The position numbers and the translations under genes were made by a program. A model generated the notes under the pieces. The model did not search any database. It worked only from the letters and a program-made list of their open reading frames with translations, and was not told the DNA's origin. A DNA stretch of 64,000 nt from Styela clava. Its lineage: Eukaryota. The stretch covers positions 26,722,001 through 26,786,000 of the forward strand of contig NC_135251.1 in NCBI RefSeq assembly GCF_964204865.1, read 5' to 3'. Positions 39,841-53,589 of the stretch are shown here, one piece after another (the stretch's first letter is position 1; the number at the start of each line of letters is the position of its first letter).

Positions 39841-42070
39841 TTTAAGCAATTTTGTTGACGATAACTTTGTACACGTTTTGTACACAATTTTGTACACGTC
39901 AGTGTAGCTGAGTGGACAGAAAGTACACTTCCAAAAAAATTTGCTCAAATACTGGGAGGAAATGGATATCGTATAAGACGTGGATTTCAAAGTTCGCCGT
40001 AAACAACCAAATACAAACGCAATCTATATATATACTGTCTCTATAAATCTATACTCTGTAAAACCGGAGAATTGAAAACGTATTTTCCGCTAGTGTAGGC
40101 TAGAGATCTACTAAAGGACCTTACGTTTGTTTATACTGTTATCTTGGTTGTCACTTTTTGTTTATGTATTTATATTTGATACCTAACAGTATTAGAAGTA
40201 GAGTATAAAGCAGTGTAATTTCAGTATTCCGTCACTGTTATATTAGGTATATAAATTATCTCTGCTTTCATTCTTTCTTTTACAAAATGAATCACCCTGC
40301 AGTTGGAGAAAACGTGCGCAATCTTGTCAGGGCGAATCAGTGCTTGTTGATGAGTTCAGTTTTTTTGATTAGTCAACAAATAAAATTACCAAGTCCGCTA
40401 CTTCTCCAGAGCTGTTCAAATGCAATTGATAACAATTTTGCACTGTTTTTCGACGCCGATTAACTGGCTATTAGCTCTTTACAATCAAAGTTTCGGCTAA
40501 ATAAAAAAAAGAAATATAATTTTCGACGAATCACCTTGTAGGTTCTACTACAAAGGCTCTATCTAAATATCGTTTGAACATGAGCTTGGTCCCTTTACAG
40601 TCAATAAAATTTAGATAACAGCACAGCATTTACCCCAAGACACAGCAGATAATCTAATAACAAATAAACTTTTGTACAGAAAGCCTGTCAACATTAAGAT
40701 ATAAAATATGTAGTTGATCAATGACAAATACGCCAGAGGGCATAACAGCTGAAGTAGCACTAATCGGCAACAATTATATCATACATTTAAGCTTCATTTT
40801 GTATGTTAAATCTCATTTGAAATAAGGTATGTATTTATCGCCAGTAAAATACATTGTGCTACATTAGTTACGACAAACTGTACTCTGTTAAAATAGTATT
40901 TGCTCATCTTACTACAGCAAAAAAGTGAAGACAGAATCAGAATCTCAAAGCACAAGCTTCGAAGTTAGCTAAACTCTTCGATTGAAGTTAACAAAACTTG
41001 GTCTAAAAATTTGGAAGTATACATATTATGTTTTCATATGTATATATATAGTATATTATTAAACTTTTCACGTCGAGGAAAATACGGCAAAAAGTGATTT
41101 AAGTATCGTGATTTCTTAAACAGACGGTACTAGGCACGACTTATTTCCGATCGCTTAGATTGAACGATTAGATGCCAAAATGCTATTGTTATCATTGCGA
41201 TGAATGGAACATTCCCTCGTATGATATATACAGATGATTCCAAGACGGAAGTTACAGTTATTAATCGGGCGGTCTGAATCATTTGGCGTTATTTCGGAAA
41301 CGCTACAGATACAAATGTATTCTTTTATTAAATCAGAATTATGTGCCGTAAGCAACATTTTCTAGATGAAATTGAGATATCGCCTCAAGTCCTAATCTAT
41401 TTTAGGCTCATTGTAAGTTTAGCTGGAAGTAATTGATTACGATGACGTCAAGGTGACACATAATTGTGGATAATAGTGATTATGAAAAAATCGTATATTA
41501 CTAAAATTTCATTCTATTGACGTTAAGTTTAAACTTGGATAATTATTCACTTACAATAATATAAATTGAGCAATAATTTTAGGTGAGGCCAGAGGAGTGG
41601 TAGTGACAGTTGTTTTAGTTCCGGAAAATTTTTTAAGATATTGCTTTAAAAATACCAGCATAAAAGAACATGATGGGTTGATAAAAGTAAAGATTTTGAG
41701 TAAAACTCTGGGAGACAAGCACTTGAATCGATATATCCTCTGCCAGGATAAGAGCGTATTTTTGACTTCTGAAATAAGTAAAAGCTTTCAGAAAATCTTC
41801 CGTCAGACCAAAATTATAATATCTTTATTCAGATTTAGTAAGCTATCAACCAAAGTATATTATCTGCCCGGATCACACCTAAGGTGTGATGACGTTCGAT
41901 TATGCATCATCGGGGTACCGAAATACGCTCGTGGACTCATAGTATAAACTAATACAAAATAAAGATCTAATGCTATTCATAACACACAATTAAGAAAGTA
42001 GATAATTTTTAAATGGAATTTTTGTATTAAAAAACATTTATATCTCATTACTAAGTTGAAATCAAACGTA

Positions 42071-45000
42071 ATGAGAACCAGCTCAGCGATAACTTCAGCC
42101 TTTGGGCTTGGGGCGGCCATGGGACTTGGCATTACAGTAATTTATCTACAACTTGTTGTTGATAAAGATAATGGCAATGGACATGGAAGTTCTGTTGAAA
42201 TTGATAAAGTTAGAAAAATTATCATGGAGCAAATGAATACGACTAAACTTGAAGAAAATTTGAGGTAAGTCTACATCCGGTATAAAATAAACAGCTGTAT
42301 AATAAACGGTAAAAATTTTTATTACATGACCGACTGTTTTGTCAATTTTATCAACAACAAAAAAAACGGAGTCTTATTAAATTAAGTTTGATTGTCATCT
42401 TGTATCAATATTCATATTTTCATACATTCTGTACTTCTGTACTAATGTGGATATTGTTCAGTGTTTCGATTTCATTATTTATTTATTCAGTATCTTTCTA
42501 TGGTATAAATATATATGAAAAAATACGCATTCTTTGCTCGGCCATCGGTGAAAGCTCGTAGTTGAGATGATAATTTAGCCATACCCAAATTATACTGCAT
42601 TATTGTTTTGATTGCATGGCAAATTTATTAATATTTTTTTTATAGCACGATATTTTTAGTTTTATCTTAGCAACACCCTCAGGCATGGAGATCAAATTTA
42701 TATTTAACATGGAGTGCAATGTTTTCCTATTTAACGAAATCATTTATTTGCTTCAAAGTTTATCAGTAATATTAGTTTCACGTAAACATTTTTTCAAATC
42801 TTCAAAAAACTAAGACAATCAAATAGGAAATAAATTTTAAAATGCACGTATAAAATATAGTAAATGCGCAAGATATAAGTTTTAAAATTTCATAAAATTA
42901 TTTTCTCCTAGTTGTGTTCACCTAAACCCCGTTGAGTTCTATTTTAAAGGGTTTTCATCAAGATCCATTGCAGCATATTTTGGTATTCCTGTGGTTATTA
43001 GTTTCTATTTGGTCTGTATTGATCTCGTTTTGTAAACTTGCAATTTTTTTTTGTATAGGCGCCTTGCTAGTAAACCTCATATTGCAGGAAGAGAAGTGGA
43101 TGAAGTAGAATTGGTGGGTTTCATATCAGACAGTTGGAACAGTTCAGGACTCGATGTAAAAATTCACAAATATGATGTTTTACTTTCTTATCCAAGCGAT
43201 ACTGATCCTAATTACGTTGCCATCAGAACAAGTGACGGTGAGTGCCAAGGAAATATTTGGAAATTAATATTTGAGATTAGAATACCCTTTCTATAACTTT
43301 TATATTATGCAAGGGTCCTGTTGCAAATAAACACAAATATATTTCTGTAATCTTTCGTTTGACATAGGGTCATCCTTATTCTATGTTATCATTATTTTCT
43401 ACTACTCCTCTCAATATGCGCGTAGGGACTAGCTAGCGCAAACACTCAAAAAATGAGGAAAGATAGCTAATTGATCTCACTTAATAACAACTGAATATTT
43501 TGCCATAAAATGATATTAACTACCGTACCGTGGCATCTATAATATTTAATTAATTTAAATCAAAAACTAATCCCAAACCAAAGATAATTAACTACAAAAT
43601 ACACCAATATTACACGAACTTTGTACTTTTTTAGGAAGAGAAACCGTGAAAAGTGCGTTGGAAGACAAAATACTTGACCAATCTCAAAACGTCAGTGGAG
43701 TTGTGAATGCTTATTCGGCATATGCACCTGCTGGAGACCCTGAGGTAAATTTTTATTTATGACGATAGTTCTACTTGTTTTTGTAAAACTTTATATCATT
43801 TTGAAAATATTCCTGATTGCTTTTCAAAATATTTTTTATTGTGCATTTCGTTTCAATTTTTGCGTCAGTGGGTGAGGTGATATACAAATGTATTATTAAT
43901 CGAATAAGTATCACATGACGTCATATTAGGTTTTTATTTTAATTTAGACTCTCCGAACATTTACTAATTATCTGACTTACTTCGATTACAATGGTTTTGG
44001 TTTGCTTTTGTCTTTATCAGTCAGCATCTGTGGCCTCTGCTATAAAGGGTTTTAGGTTTATTTTTGCATTAATTTTCAAAATATTTTTGTATTTTTATTT
44101 CATTTTAGGGAGATCTGGTGTACGTCAATTTTGGATCTATTGAAGATTTTACGGAGTTGAACGAAACATTTGGTATCGACGTCAAGGGAAAAATTTGTAT
44201 TGCAAGAATCGGGGGAACAGGAAAAGCCAAAAAAGGTGTATATATACATAATGTTTTACATTTTCGTTAAGAATACATAACAATTGAATAACAGAATACA
44301 ATTGAGTGATCCTTTATATCAATTTTTTTCGGTATTTACACTAATCTTAGTGTAATTAGTGTAGTGTTAGTAACCCTAATAATGAACAAATTTTGGGCTA
44401 TATAAATAGCTGCTCAATTTTATTTCTGAGAAGAGATACTTGCACTACATTTTTATTCAAGTTCGTGAAACAAATTGATTTCGTATCATTTTTTGGAATG
44501 GCAACATCTGAGCAATGATCTTACTTCACAATAACATTCACCGGTAGATTCATTGTTGTTGGTGATTATACACGTTTTTTTTAACCTAATTGACATATAA
44601 TTCTATTAAATCCTCCAAAAGTGCATCTTTGGATAATTCTTCTTTAAAGGTGGGTTATCACGCAAACATTTTTGTAGAAAATTTGATTCTATATAATTTA
44701 TTAGGATTTTTGGCGTTTACCGTTTGCATAAAATGGACATCGTTTGCGAGACTCGAATTTTTAAAAGTCGGCTCTGCCGAAATCAAACGCAGATTAGTAT
44801 GTCCCGTTGATGACGTAGTGGTGAGAACTCGTCGGCAAAACTTTGCATTAGGTCAAAGGCAATTATAGCATTCTGTGTACTTATTTTGAACCGTGTGCTA
44901 GTTCTATTGGGCGGTGCATTTGGAGGAAGCTTTTGTTATTTAAAACAATACCAATATCTTAAATAATATTATTGCATTATGAGAAATTACAGTAAACTCA

Positions 45001-48000
45001 ACTAATTGAGGTCAAGACGTACTCGAGTTTTGTGCTGTACATTTTCCTGCAATATATATATTTTCTAGTAAAAAAGCGCATACCAGGCCATTTTTTGTCT
45101 CAAATGATTTAAATTTTATAATTCATGTGTGTTTACTCTGCTTATCTGATCCTATATCGGTAACTAGTCTTTTTGTTATATTTTCGGTATATATAGGCTA
45201 TCTGGCTATACCGGTATATACGAAAACGCTACCGTAACGTATGGAATGAGGAGTTGGTGGTTACAGTAGATTTCACAATGATGGATCTGTCTCGAAACAA
45301 GAAGAAAACTATGGATAAAATTTTCGCAAGTAACCTTTTTTGATGTCTCTCCATGGAACTAAAAGAACAGCTCCAAGTCGAGGGATCGTTTCAGCCTTAA
45401 AATTATGTTGGAATCTATGCAAACTCCTACCCACAGCCCGAAACAACAACACCTCACGCAGTTATTCAAATCAGTTTTTATTTATTTTTAACATTTTATT
45501 ACAAGTTTGCATCATATGTAATTCATTCATGCCAATAAATGTGTTGTCGCGAATCTCCATTGGTTGATCGATAACAGCTGGACTGTGTTGTTAATAGCGG
45601 TGTGTACTGGAAAACAAGGTATACAAATTAAATTGATAGAACTGACATCAAAAAAAAGATCAGGCTAACATCACCAGACAGTTTAGTAAGGTTCAACATA
45701 CAACAGTGTTTTGTTACATAATAATGTGAAATAAATTTAAAAAAACTGAACCATTATTGGGATTCTACGTTTATCTGGTAGTAGACTATCACTCTTTTGG
45801 TAAATGTACAAATTGACAATTTGTATTTGGTTCATACAAAAGTGTGACTGGGTATTATCATGCTTTCGCTAAATATTTAATCAAACAGTCGATAAACGAA
45901 ATAAAGTGGTAAATACTTACTCTAGGATCAGTTCTGCAAAGCCTTCTGACGAGGTTGAACACCTTACTCGCCAATGCCGAGGGAGCTAATTTCTGGAATG
46001 AGTTCTCACTACTTCGTCATCAAAGGCCGTTTCCGAACCTGGTTCGATTTTCGTTGAAGCGGTTTTTAAAAATTCATAAGTAGAAAACGAAGTCCACTTT
46101 ATGCAAGCGGTAAACGTTAAAAATCTTAAAAAAATATATAGAAACAAATTTTCCACAAAAATGTTCGCGTGATAAGAGAAATAAGAAAAAGTAAAAAAGT
46201 AAATTTATGTTTAAGGTAAATCAAAATATAATGACTAATTAAATCTAAATGCAATTAATTTGTTCAGCTAAACATGCCGCAGAATTTGGTTGCTTGGGAC
46301 TTATTATGTACACTGATCCGAAAGAATTTACCGTAGCTGGAAAAGGAGTTTATCCTGACGATTGGTTTCTACCTGGATCAGCCGCCCAACGTGGCAGTCT
46401 TCGCCTTCAAAGTGGAGATCCTTTGACACCGAAGTATCCATCGATCGGTAAAAATGGTCTTATTGTTATATTAAATTGTTCAAATTATACAACGCCATAC
46501 ATTTTCATTTCAATTCTAGTATACATTAGATTCATTCATATTACTTATACTTTTGTTTGAAATCTTTTTTATTTCATCCACTTTTAACTTTTACTAAACA
46601 AAGTCACAACGGCTGAGTGCCTACGCTTGACTTTTCAGACATCTATTGCCATAGGTTGAATAATATTATTTCTTTCATTCAGACACTGCATGGAGAGAAG
46701 ACGTGTCAAACACAGATTTACCAACTATTCCTGTTACCCCAATAGGATATGACGATGCCCGGAAATATTTGTCAAGAATGGCTGGGCCCGAAGTTCCCAC
46801 TAAATGGAAAGGAGGACTGAACATTACATACAGACTGGGCCCTGGATTTTCTGGAAAATATGATACAAGGTTTGAATAGTAAAAGTAAAGGAATTCGAAA
46901 ATGAGTTTTTACGCACATTTTTAGGAAAACTGATACAGAGAATAATATTTCAAATTAATCATGAATGCGTTTCAATATATCAAGGTGATAATTATCACAA
47001 AACATTTTTCTTGACTGATAGGTTTGTCAGCTGTTTCATTCAATCTATTGCAAAAAGTACGTTTTCGAACCGGAATTTTTTTTTTAAATCTATTAATATT
47101 GTACTCAAACGAACAACATAGACTAATAAAAATCATGGTTTTGTCATATTTAATCAAGTTTTTGTCCTATGAAACACTGATACATTATTTTCAGTAAAAT
47201 GCGAATGCATGTAGCAAATAGAAATGAGATGAAAACTGTACACAACGTAATTGGTTACATCAGAGGCGCAGTTGAACCAGGTAATCGTTAGGTAGAATTG
47301 TAAGATTTCTAGCATAAAATACCTAATTGGAACATTCCATAATTTTTTGTATTTTGGGTAACATGTCGAGACTTTTATAGCCAGACATATGCCCATCTTT
47401 ATTTCTAAAGTTGTAGTCACCAAATATTTTTGATTGAAGTAAAAAATACACTCCTATTTCATTGTTTGTTATTTCTGATATTTTTAAAATGTTCAGATCG
47501 TTATGTGATTTTGGGTAACCATCGAGACGCATGGGCATTTGGAACTCTAGATCCGTCTAGCGGAACCGCAGTTATGGTAGAATTGGCTAGGGTACTTGGA
47601 GAAGCCGTAAAAACGGGTTGGAGGCCAAGAAGAACCATTATCTTTTGTAGCTGGGGCGCCGAAGAATTTGCACTTGTGGGATCACAAGAATGGGTTGAGG
47701 TTTGTATTTTAGTGATGTAATTTATTGAAGATATATTTTTTTTCATTAAATAATATTAGTAAGAATTGAAATATCTCTATCGTCGTGTCATCTCATAAAC
47801 TCAGCTCAGCTGAAACAGTTTATTGTGAAAACGACCATGTTACCGTCGTCATGGTATAGTATATATATATATATATATACTTTATAAATCATCGGGTAGA
47901 AACAGGCTTCAGTCTATGATACAGAATCTTTGACTGAACTGATTTCTCACTATCGAGACGAACTGGAAAACTTTGTGCTTTACCTCAGCTGAATATGCTT

Positions 48001-51000
48001 CTTATCATTCGGTTTTTGCCCTAAATGGTTAAAACGATCAGCTAATCAGTTATCGAAATGAATACTTGCCTATAGAGCATATACTAAAGAAGTTTCGCGC
48101 AAATGCGCAATAGGCTTTTCCGAGTTTTTCGCTCCCAGTTTTATTCCTTTCCCCTCTGTGGAGACGAAATCATCCACTTTGAGAATCACTGCTTTAATTA
48201 AATCGCTATAAATATATTTATAAACAAATTTCAACAAGAGTATATCCTGATATATATATATACTTTCAGGAATATCAAAAGATACTTAGCGACAGAACGG
48301 TAGCGTATTTAAATGTGGATTCATCAGTGGTCGGAATTTATTCTATGTATGCGGCCTCTAGTCCCAACCTTCGCCAAGCTGTGTTTGATGCTGCAAAAAA
48401 AATTCCAAATCCAAACAAAGCCGAAGCCGCAGTTGGATTAAAAACATTGTACGATGCGTGGAGAATCAAATTACCGGCCAATTTATTTGATCCTAATACA
48501 TTGCCAACGTAAGATATTTCGTTTGATTGATATTTTTCAAATTATCGGTATAGATTTTTAATCGTATGCTGAAACATTGCACATAATAAATTTTAAGTAC
48601 TTTTATGCTTGAGATCCGTTTATCATGATTTAATCATTATGAGATGATAACATAATTACATACGAGTTGTTGGTTCTATCGGGTTTATAGTGTTTTTCGT
48701 GCCAGATCTAGAATTATTGTTGTAATAAAACGGGGCAACTTCACGACGTAGAATTTTCATAAGTATTCTGAAACTTTATGTCTGAAACTATTTCGTTCAG
48801 TTAGTTTCCTAACTCCATTGGTGGCTATGGTCGGATCCACATTAAATACGATGGCATTTTGTATTCCGGTGCTTATTTTTTAGAGTTCTATTACCTGGAG
48901 TTGGTAGCGATTATGCTTCTTTTCTACACTTGACCGGAATCTCGGTTGTGGATATGGCTTATGTTTGGGATGTGGTAAGTCTATTTTCATAAGACATTCT
49001 TTTGAAGTTGGGCCACGTTCGACCTTTTTAAAAGTTAGAAGTATAAAAAATATAGTAATTTTGCACGTTAAGCATTTACATGTAGACAAAAATGAAACGT
49101 ACCAGAATTTGTTTATATACCCAACGTTTTATAATAATAATATTTGTTTAACGTGCGGTTTATCTAGTTTGGTATCATATTTTCCATTATTTCTTCTTAT
49201 CTTTAACAAAGTAGTTACGAACAAGCTGTAACGGACGTCTAAGTTTTGCATATCAACAAAACTCTTCATCCGAATTTTACTATGTCGTGCTGTGTATGAA
49301 AATTTATGCTAGTATTCCAGACAATCCGCTTCCGAAATTTTCATCAACATGTTCATACCACTGAAGGTCTTAGAACTCACTTTGAAACTATGAAATCACT
49401 ATTGCCGACAGCAAATAGAGCACGCGTATATCTATACGAATTTGCATAAATGAGCATTTACACGACTACACGTATAATGAATACCTATTTGCTGAATAGG
49501 ATATGTTTTTATTTTAAGAGACTCGGTTTGGAATTTTACCCGGTTTATCACACTGTGTACGAAACATTGGACTTGATGACTACTTTTCTCGACCCAGATT
49601 TTGTATATCACCAAGCAATTGGTCGGTTATGGGGTGAATTGACGCTAAGTTTGGCGGAATCTGCTTTGGTTCCAATGAACTGTGTAGATTACGCCGAACA
49701 AGTCAAATCCAGCGCCGCAGCGTTTTTGAATTATAAATCATTCCAGAAAGATATGGAAGCAAATGGAATAAATACAAGTAATATAGTTATTGTATCATGT
49801 CTTATAGATTTAGATATTAAAGTGTTCATGGAACCTTTTTACAATAGATTTTAACCATACAAGTTCCTATTTATGATTTTGGTGTGCTCCATTCGGTCAA
49901 TCTACGTGTTGCATTATAGAAATAAAATTTCAAGAGACGCATCTTTACTTCTAGCTATTTTATCAACTTTATTTGTGTATATTATTATACGGATTGCCAC
50001 AATAAAATTTGATATTTTGAGGACAGAAACAAAATAAGCATGATAGAATCACAACTTTTTTTTTTCTATGTAAGTTTTCCGATACTCCCAATTGAAATAG
50101 CAGGGAGATGTATTGAAACAAATCTGGCATATTATTATATATATATATATAAACAATTGACTTTAGGTTAAGTATCAATAGGTCCAAGACTTTTGCCAGA
50201 AGTTTTTCTCAAAAGTATGGGGAGTTATTCAGTATTGTCGAATTGCGCATTCCCAATAGTTCATGAATAACCGTACATAAATTTATGAACAACCGTAAAT
50301 ATTTCGCAGCAGAATGTAATTTTAATGGCATACACTCATTTACTTGCTCATTTAGCATTATTGAAGTCGGCCGTGGAAGAGTTGACAAACGAAGCAAAAC
50401 ATTTCCATGAAAGACTGAAGAAAGTGGATCTCAAAAAGTATGTGAATTTAGTAATATTGGTCAGAATTTATATCGCAAACTTAAAGTAATAATTCTGATA
50501 TTTTATTATTCAGTCCACTAGCTGTTAGGGCTGCCAACGATCAGCTCGTATTACTTGAACGTTCATTCATCGATATTCAAGGAATTGATGGTATTCGAGA
50601 AAAGTAAGTATAATTTAGTTGTGAAATTATCCCACCAGTAAATTAGACAACTTTTAATAAAGCATTGGTTTTTTATCAAAAAAGACTTCTGATCATTTTA
50701 TCAAATTAATTTGACTATTATACCTGACATGCAACAACGTGTTGAAAAAGCTCAATTCAGATCAACCTATATTTAATATATTGATAATCACTAACTGTTA
50801 TTTTAATTTTCAGGCATGTTATATATTCGCCTGGTCAATATTTTTCGAATCTTCAGTTTCCTGGTCTGGCAGATTCGTTGTATAATATAGATAAAGATCA
50901 AAATCAACAAATGAGATGGAATGAGGTATAGTTAATAATAATATGTTCAACTCATAGGATACAAGCTATTTTAATTCCTAAATTTTCTTATTAAGATGAC

Positions 51001-51248
51001 CAAAATCTTAAATTAAAGCTTGAATTAAATAAAACATATTTTCCAGTTATTCCGTCATAATTATTATCACTAATACAACAAAAATAGCTGTTTAATGTGA
51101 TTCAACGCATCTGTATGATACCCCGCTAATTATGTATTTCATTTCAAAGGTAAAGAAACAATATTCCATCATTTTATATCACCTGGGCTCAGCTGCTTCT
51201 ATTTTACGAGACTTCACTCCCATAATAGGAGCATCCGCAGTTATGTGA
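42071..51248 (+). CDS. Divergent M28B GCPII/NAALADase(-like) peptidase (copy E), 15 exons, 745 aa. Exons: 42071-42264, 43059-43237, 43635-43744, 44109-44235, 46268-46447, 46683-46869, 47195-47280, 47497-47699, 48270-48508, 48884-48974, 49519-49777, 50356-50437, 50514-50603, 50814-50925, 51150-51248
   Basis: TM anchor; motifs [52 protein letters not shown]...ERSFID, HVIY..FPG; identical intron positions and phases to A/B; exons sum to 2238 nt in frame; AATAAA at 51315-51320. Confidence 0.92.
44648..46175. mobile_element. Long-TIR DNA transposon (Kolobok-like) in intron 4 of copy E
   Basis: ~180-bp imperfect inverted repeats (44655-44830 vs ~46000-46175); left end TTAA|AGGTGGGTTATCACG (TTAA + AGG is the Kolobok signature); right tip eroded. 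Confidence 0.7.
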
Positions 51249-52611
51249 AATTCCATATAAATAATTTTCCTGCTTGTTATGAAATGTTAAGATTGTTATT
51301 CGTTAGCAAAAATGAATAAAAGCCATATATATAACATAGTATGTTTCCACTGTGTTGCACTAATTACATAACCCGTGAGCTGAAGATTTTCTCAACCGAG
51401 TTCTACAAGACCAGATCATAAAAGTAACCGCAAAAGAGATTTAACAGCTTTAGGCCAGAGGGCCTGTATCAGACTTAGTATCCTATTTTTTTTTGGATCC
51501 TTTGTATTCGTGATGAAGATGTTTCCAAACTATGCGCCGAGATGTCTCTGGATTCGGCGCGAAAAATATATACTGAAACTAAATTCTATCAACTAGAGTT
51601 AGAGTTTGTAAAGTTCCAGGCTGAGAAATTGATCTGAACGACGCATTATCTATATTGGGGGTAGTAAGTCGAAATGCGGCATATTACTACGACTAGGGGT
51701 ACAGCTATAATTTTCAAAAGGAGTGGAGGGTGGAAATTTACATATTCGAAGCCTTCCTCCAAATTACTGAGAATTTTCCATGAAAAAAACTACTAAAACC
51801 GACGACGCGATTACATAACTCCTTATAAAAGAGCCGACTTTTCAGTTGCTTGGTTAATTACCGCTGTTTAATTAAATTTTCATTCCGTGGCCGATACGAA
51901 ACGTTCATAATGCTATGCCATTTTAATTCGCAATTGCGTCCACCAACATAAAAATAAAAGCATTATTACATCAATGTAAAGTCACTAAATGTTTGAAGAG
52001 CGCCGAATAACTTCACACAAGCAGTGAATTATAATTAAAAATAAGAAACACAAAATATTGTACGCACCGCAACTTTAATGACTAATTTTTTTAACAAATC
52101 TCAATGGGTTAGGTGTTATAAATCTTTGCCCAAATTACTGTACTAATTAAAAAATTACCAATTGAACATTTAAAATGCCCACTAGTGCTATTTTTTCTAG
52201 GTATAGCTTTTTCTCCAAAGCTCTTTCTTTTTGTGGTCTTTAGGGAAACCAAAACACTTTCACTTTAACAACTCTTTCATATGAAAGGTATTCATGAGTA
52301 CTAAACTAAATATCAATTTGAGTTTATAAAAACTAATAAAATTTAATCCTATCTTCGCCTTTACTTGCCTTTTACCGACTTACAGTCAGAGAACCGCTTT
52401 AAAACTACCTGTGTTTTTCAATTGATATACCAAGTTGAATGATCTTCTCAAATTAAGGTGATTGCTGTATATAATTTTATCATCCATTTAGCAATTGTTC
52501 AGCTTATTTTAGTGTTATGTCATCAGGAGGTCACGGTTAGTAGTCATTGCGATTAGTAGTCCTTTGCGCCCCCCGTCAATTGCGTAAATATTGTATACAA
52601 GTTTCTTTTAA

Positions 52612-52916
52612 TTACTTATCGATCTTGATCGGTAAGTATGTTGATAGGTATTTATTTGTCTGTCTGTATGTATGTATGTTAGATGCACGCGATATCTCAC
52701 GAAAGCGAGGTTCAATCTGGTCCAAATTTTGCATGTGTATTCATCTTAGCTAGGATCAGAAGCCTATTAATTTTGGAAGGATTATGTCGTATAATTAGCG
52801 AGTTATTTATTAATTAGCGATGGGACACACGGTGTCACTATGGAGTAAGACCACTGTTTTGGGGGATCCCCTAACCTTCGATCAATAAGTCATCGGTTTC
52901 CAACTGAATTCTAGTT
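52612..52916. mobile_element. Non-autonomous Helentron-associated element (HINE/DINE-1-like)
   Basis: Terminal hairpin TACTTATCGATC-TT-GATCGGTAAGTA, (GTCT)/(GTAT) microsatellite, subterminal inverted copy GATCAATAAGT at 52880, other end TTCTAGTT; no TSD. Confidence 0.75.
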
Positions 52917-53167
52917 AATGTTTTTTTACCTTTTTTGATTAATTTTGTTTGTACAAATTTCATGCACGCCAAAAAAATATCTGAATCTGGTTGACGAAAC
53001 ATTTCTTATCCACAAGTTTCAACTCACCTCTATTTGAATGAACATACAAATGTAAACGTTTTTATTTAAAAAATATATATTCGCGTGAATTACATCCGTT
53101 TCAAGTTTTGAACAAAGCCAACACGTTAACATGGCTTTCTATTTTAGAACGCCTTAGTTGTCAGTAA

Positions 53168-53250
53168 ATACGGGGACAACCATAACCCAACCCGGGACAC
53201 GGGACGCCAGTCGTCCATTCCGGGAGTGTGTCGGCCAATCCGGGACTGTT
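53168..53250. repeat. Fragment with clustered CGGGAC motifs, like hAT-Blackjack subterminal repeats
   Basis: CCCGGGACACGGGACG...CCGGGAG...CCGGGACTGT. Confidence 0.4.
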
Positions 53251-53589
53251 ACTACTGTGAACAGATATTTTAAAAAGGGAGGCAGTTCAAGATAAATTTT
53301 AGGAACCAGCGCACTGATGAGCAATTCCAAAATCATCCTAGAGTAGTCAATATTAACTATCGAGTCGCTATAAGCTCCGTCCATTAGCAGCATCAACATT
53401 TTACGTTTTGGTCCCCTGCGATAAACCAGAGTTCTCCAATACAAGGCGCAAATGGCTCTGGCCAGACAGCAGAAATATTGGCTACAACGATAATCTTTAT
53501 ACAGAATACAAACATAATTATTATATTGTACAGCAAAGGATATTTCCCCTACCTCCTTTCTATAATTCTTTCTATACGTTACCATTGCA

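Noticed and set aside
40289-41947. Short ORFs upstream of copy E (~40289-40463, 41155-41358, 41597-41947)
   Set aside because: No motif or splice-supported structure that I can recognise
5469-47746. Many minus-strand ORFs overlapping peptidase exons (e.g. 7774-8043, 9646-9882, 18540-18795, 24754-25032, 47501-47746)
   Set aside because: Antisense shadows of GC-richer coding exons; no independent motifs
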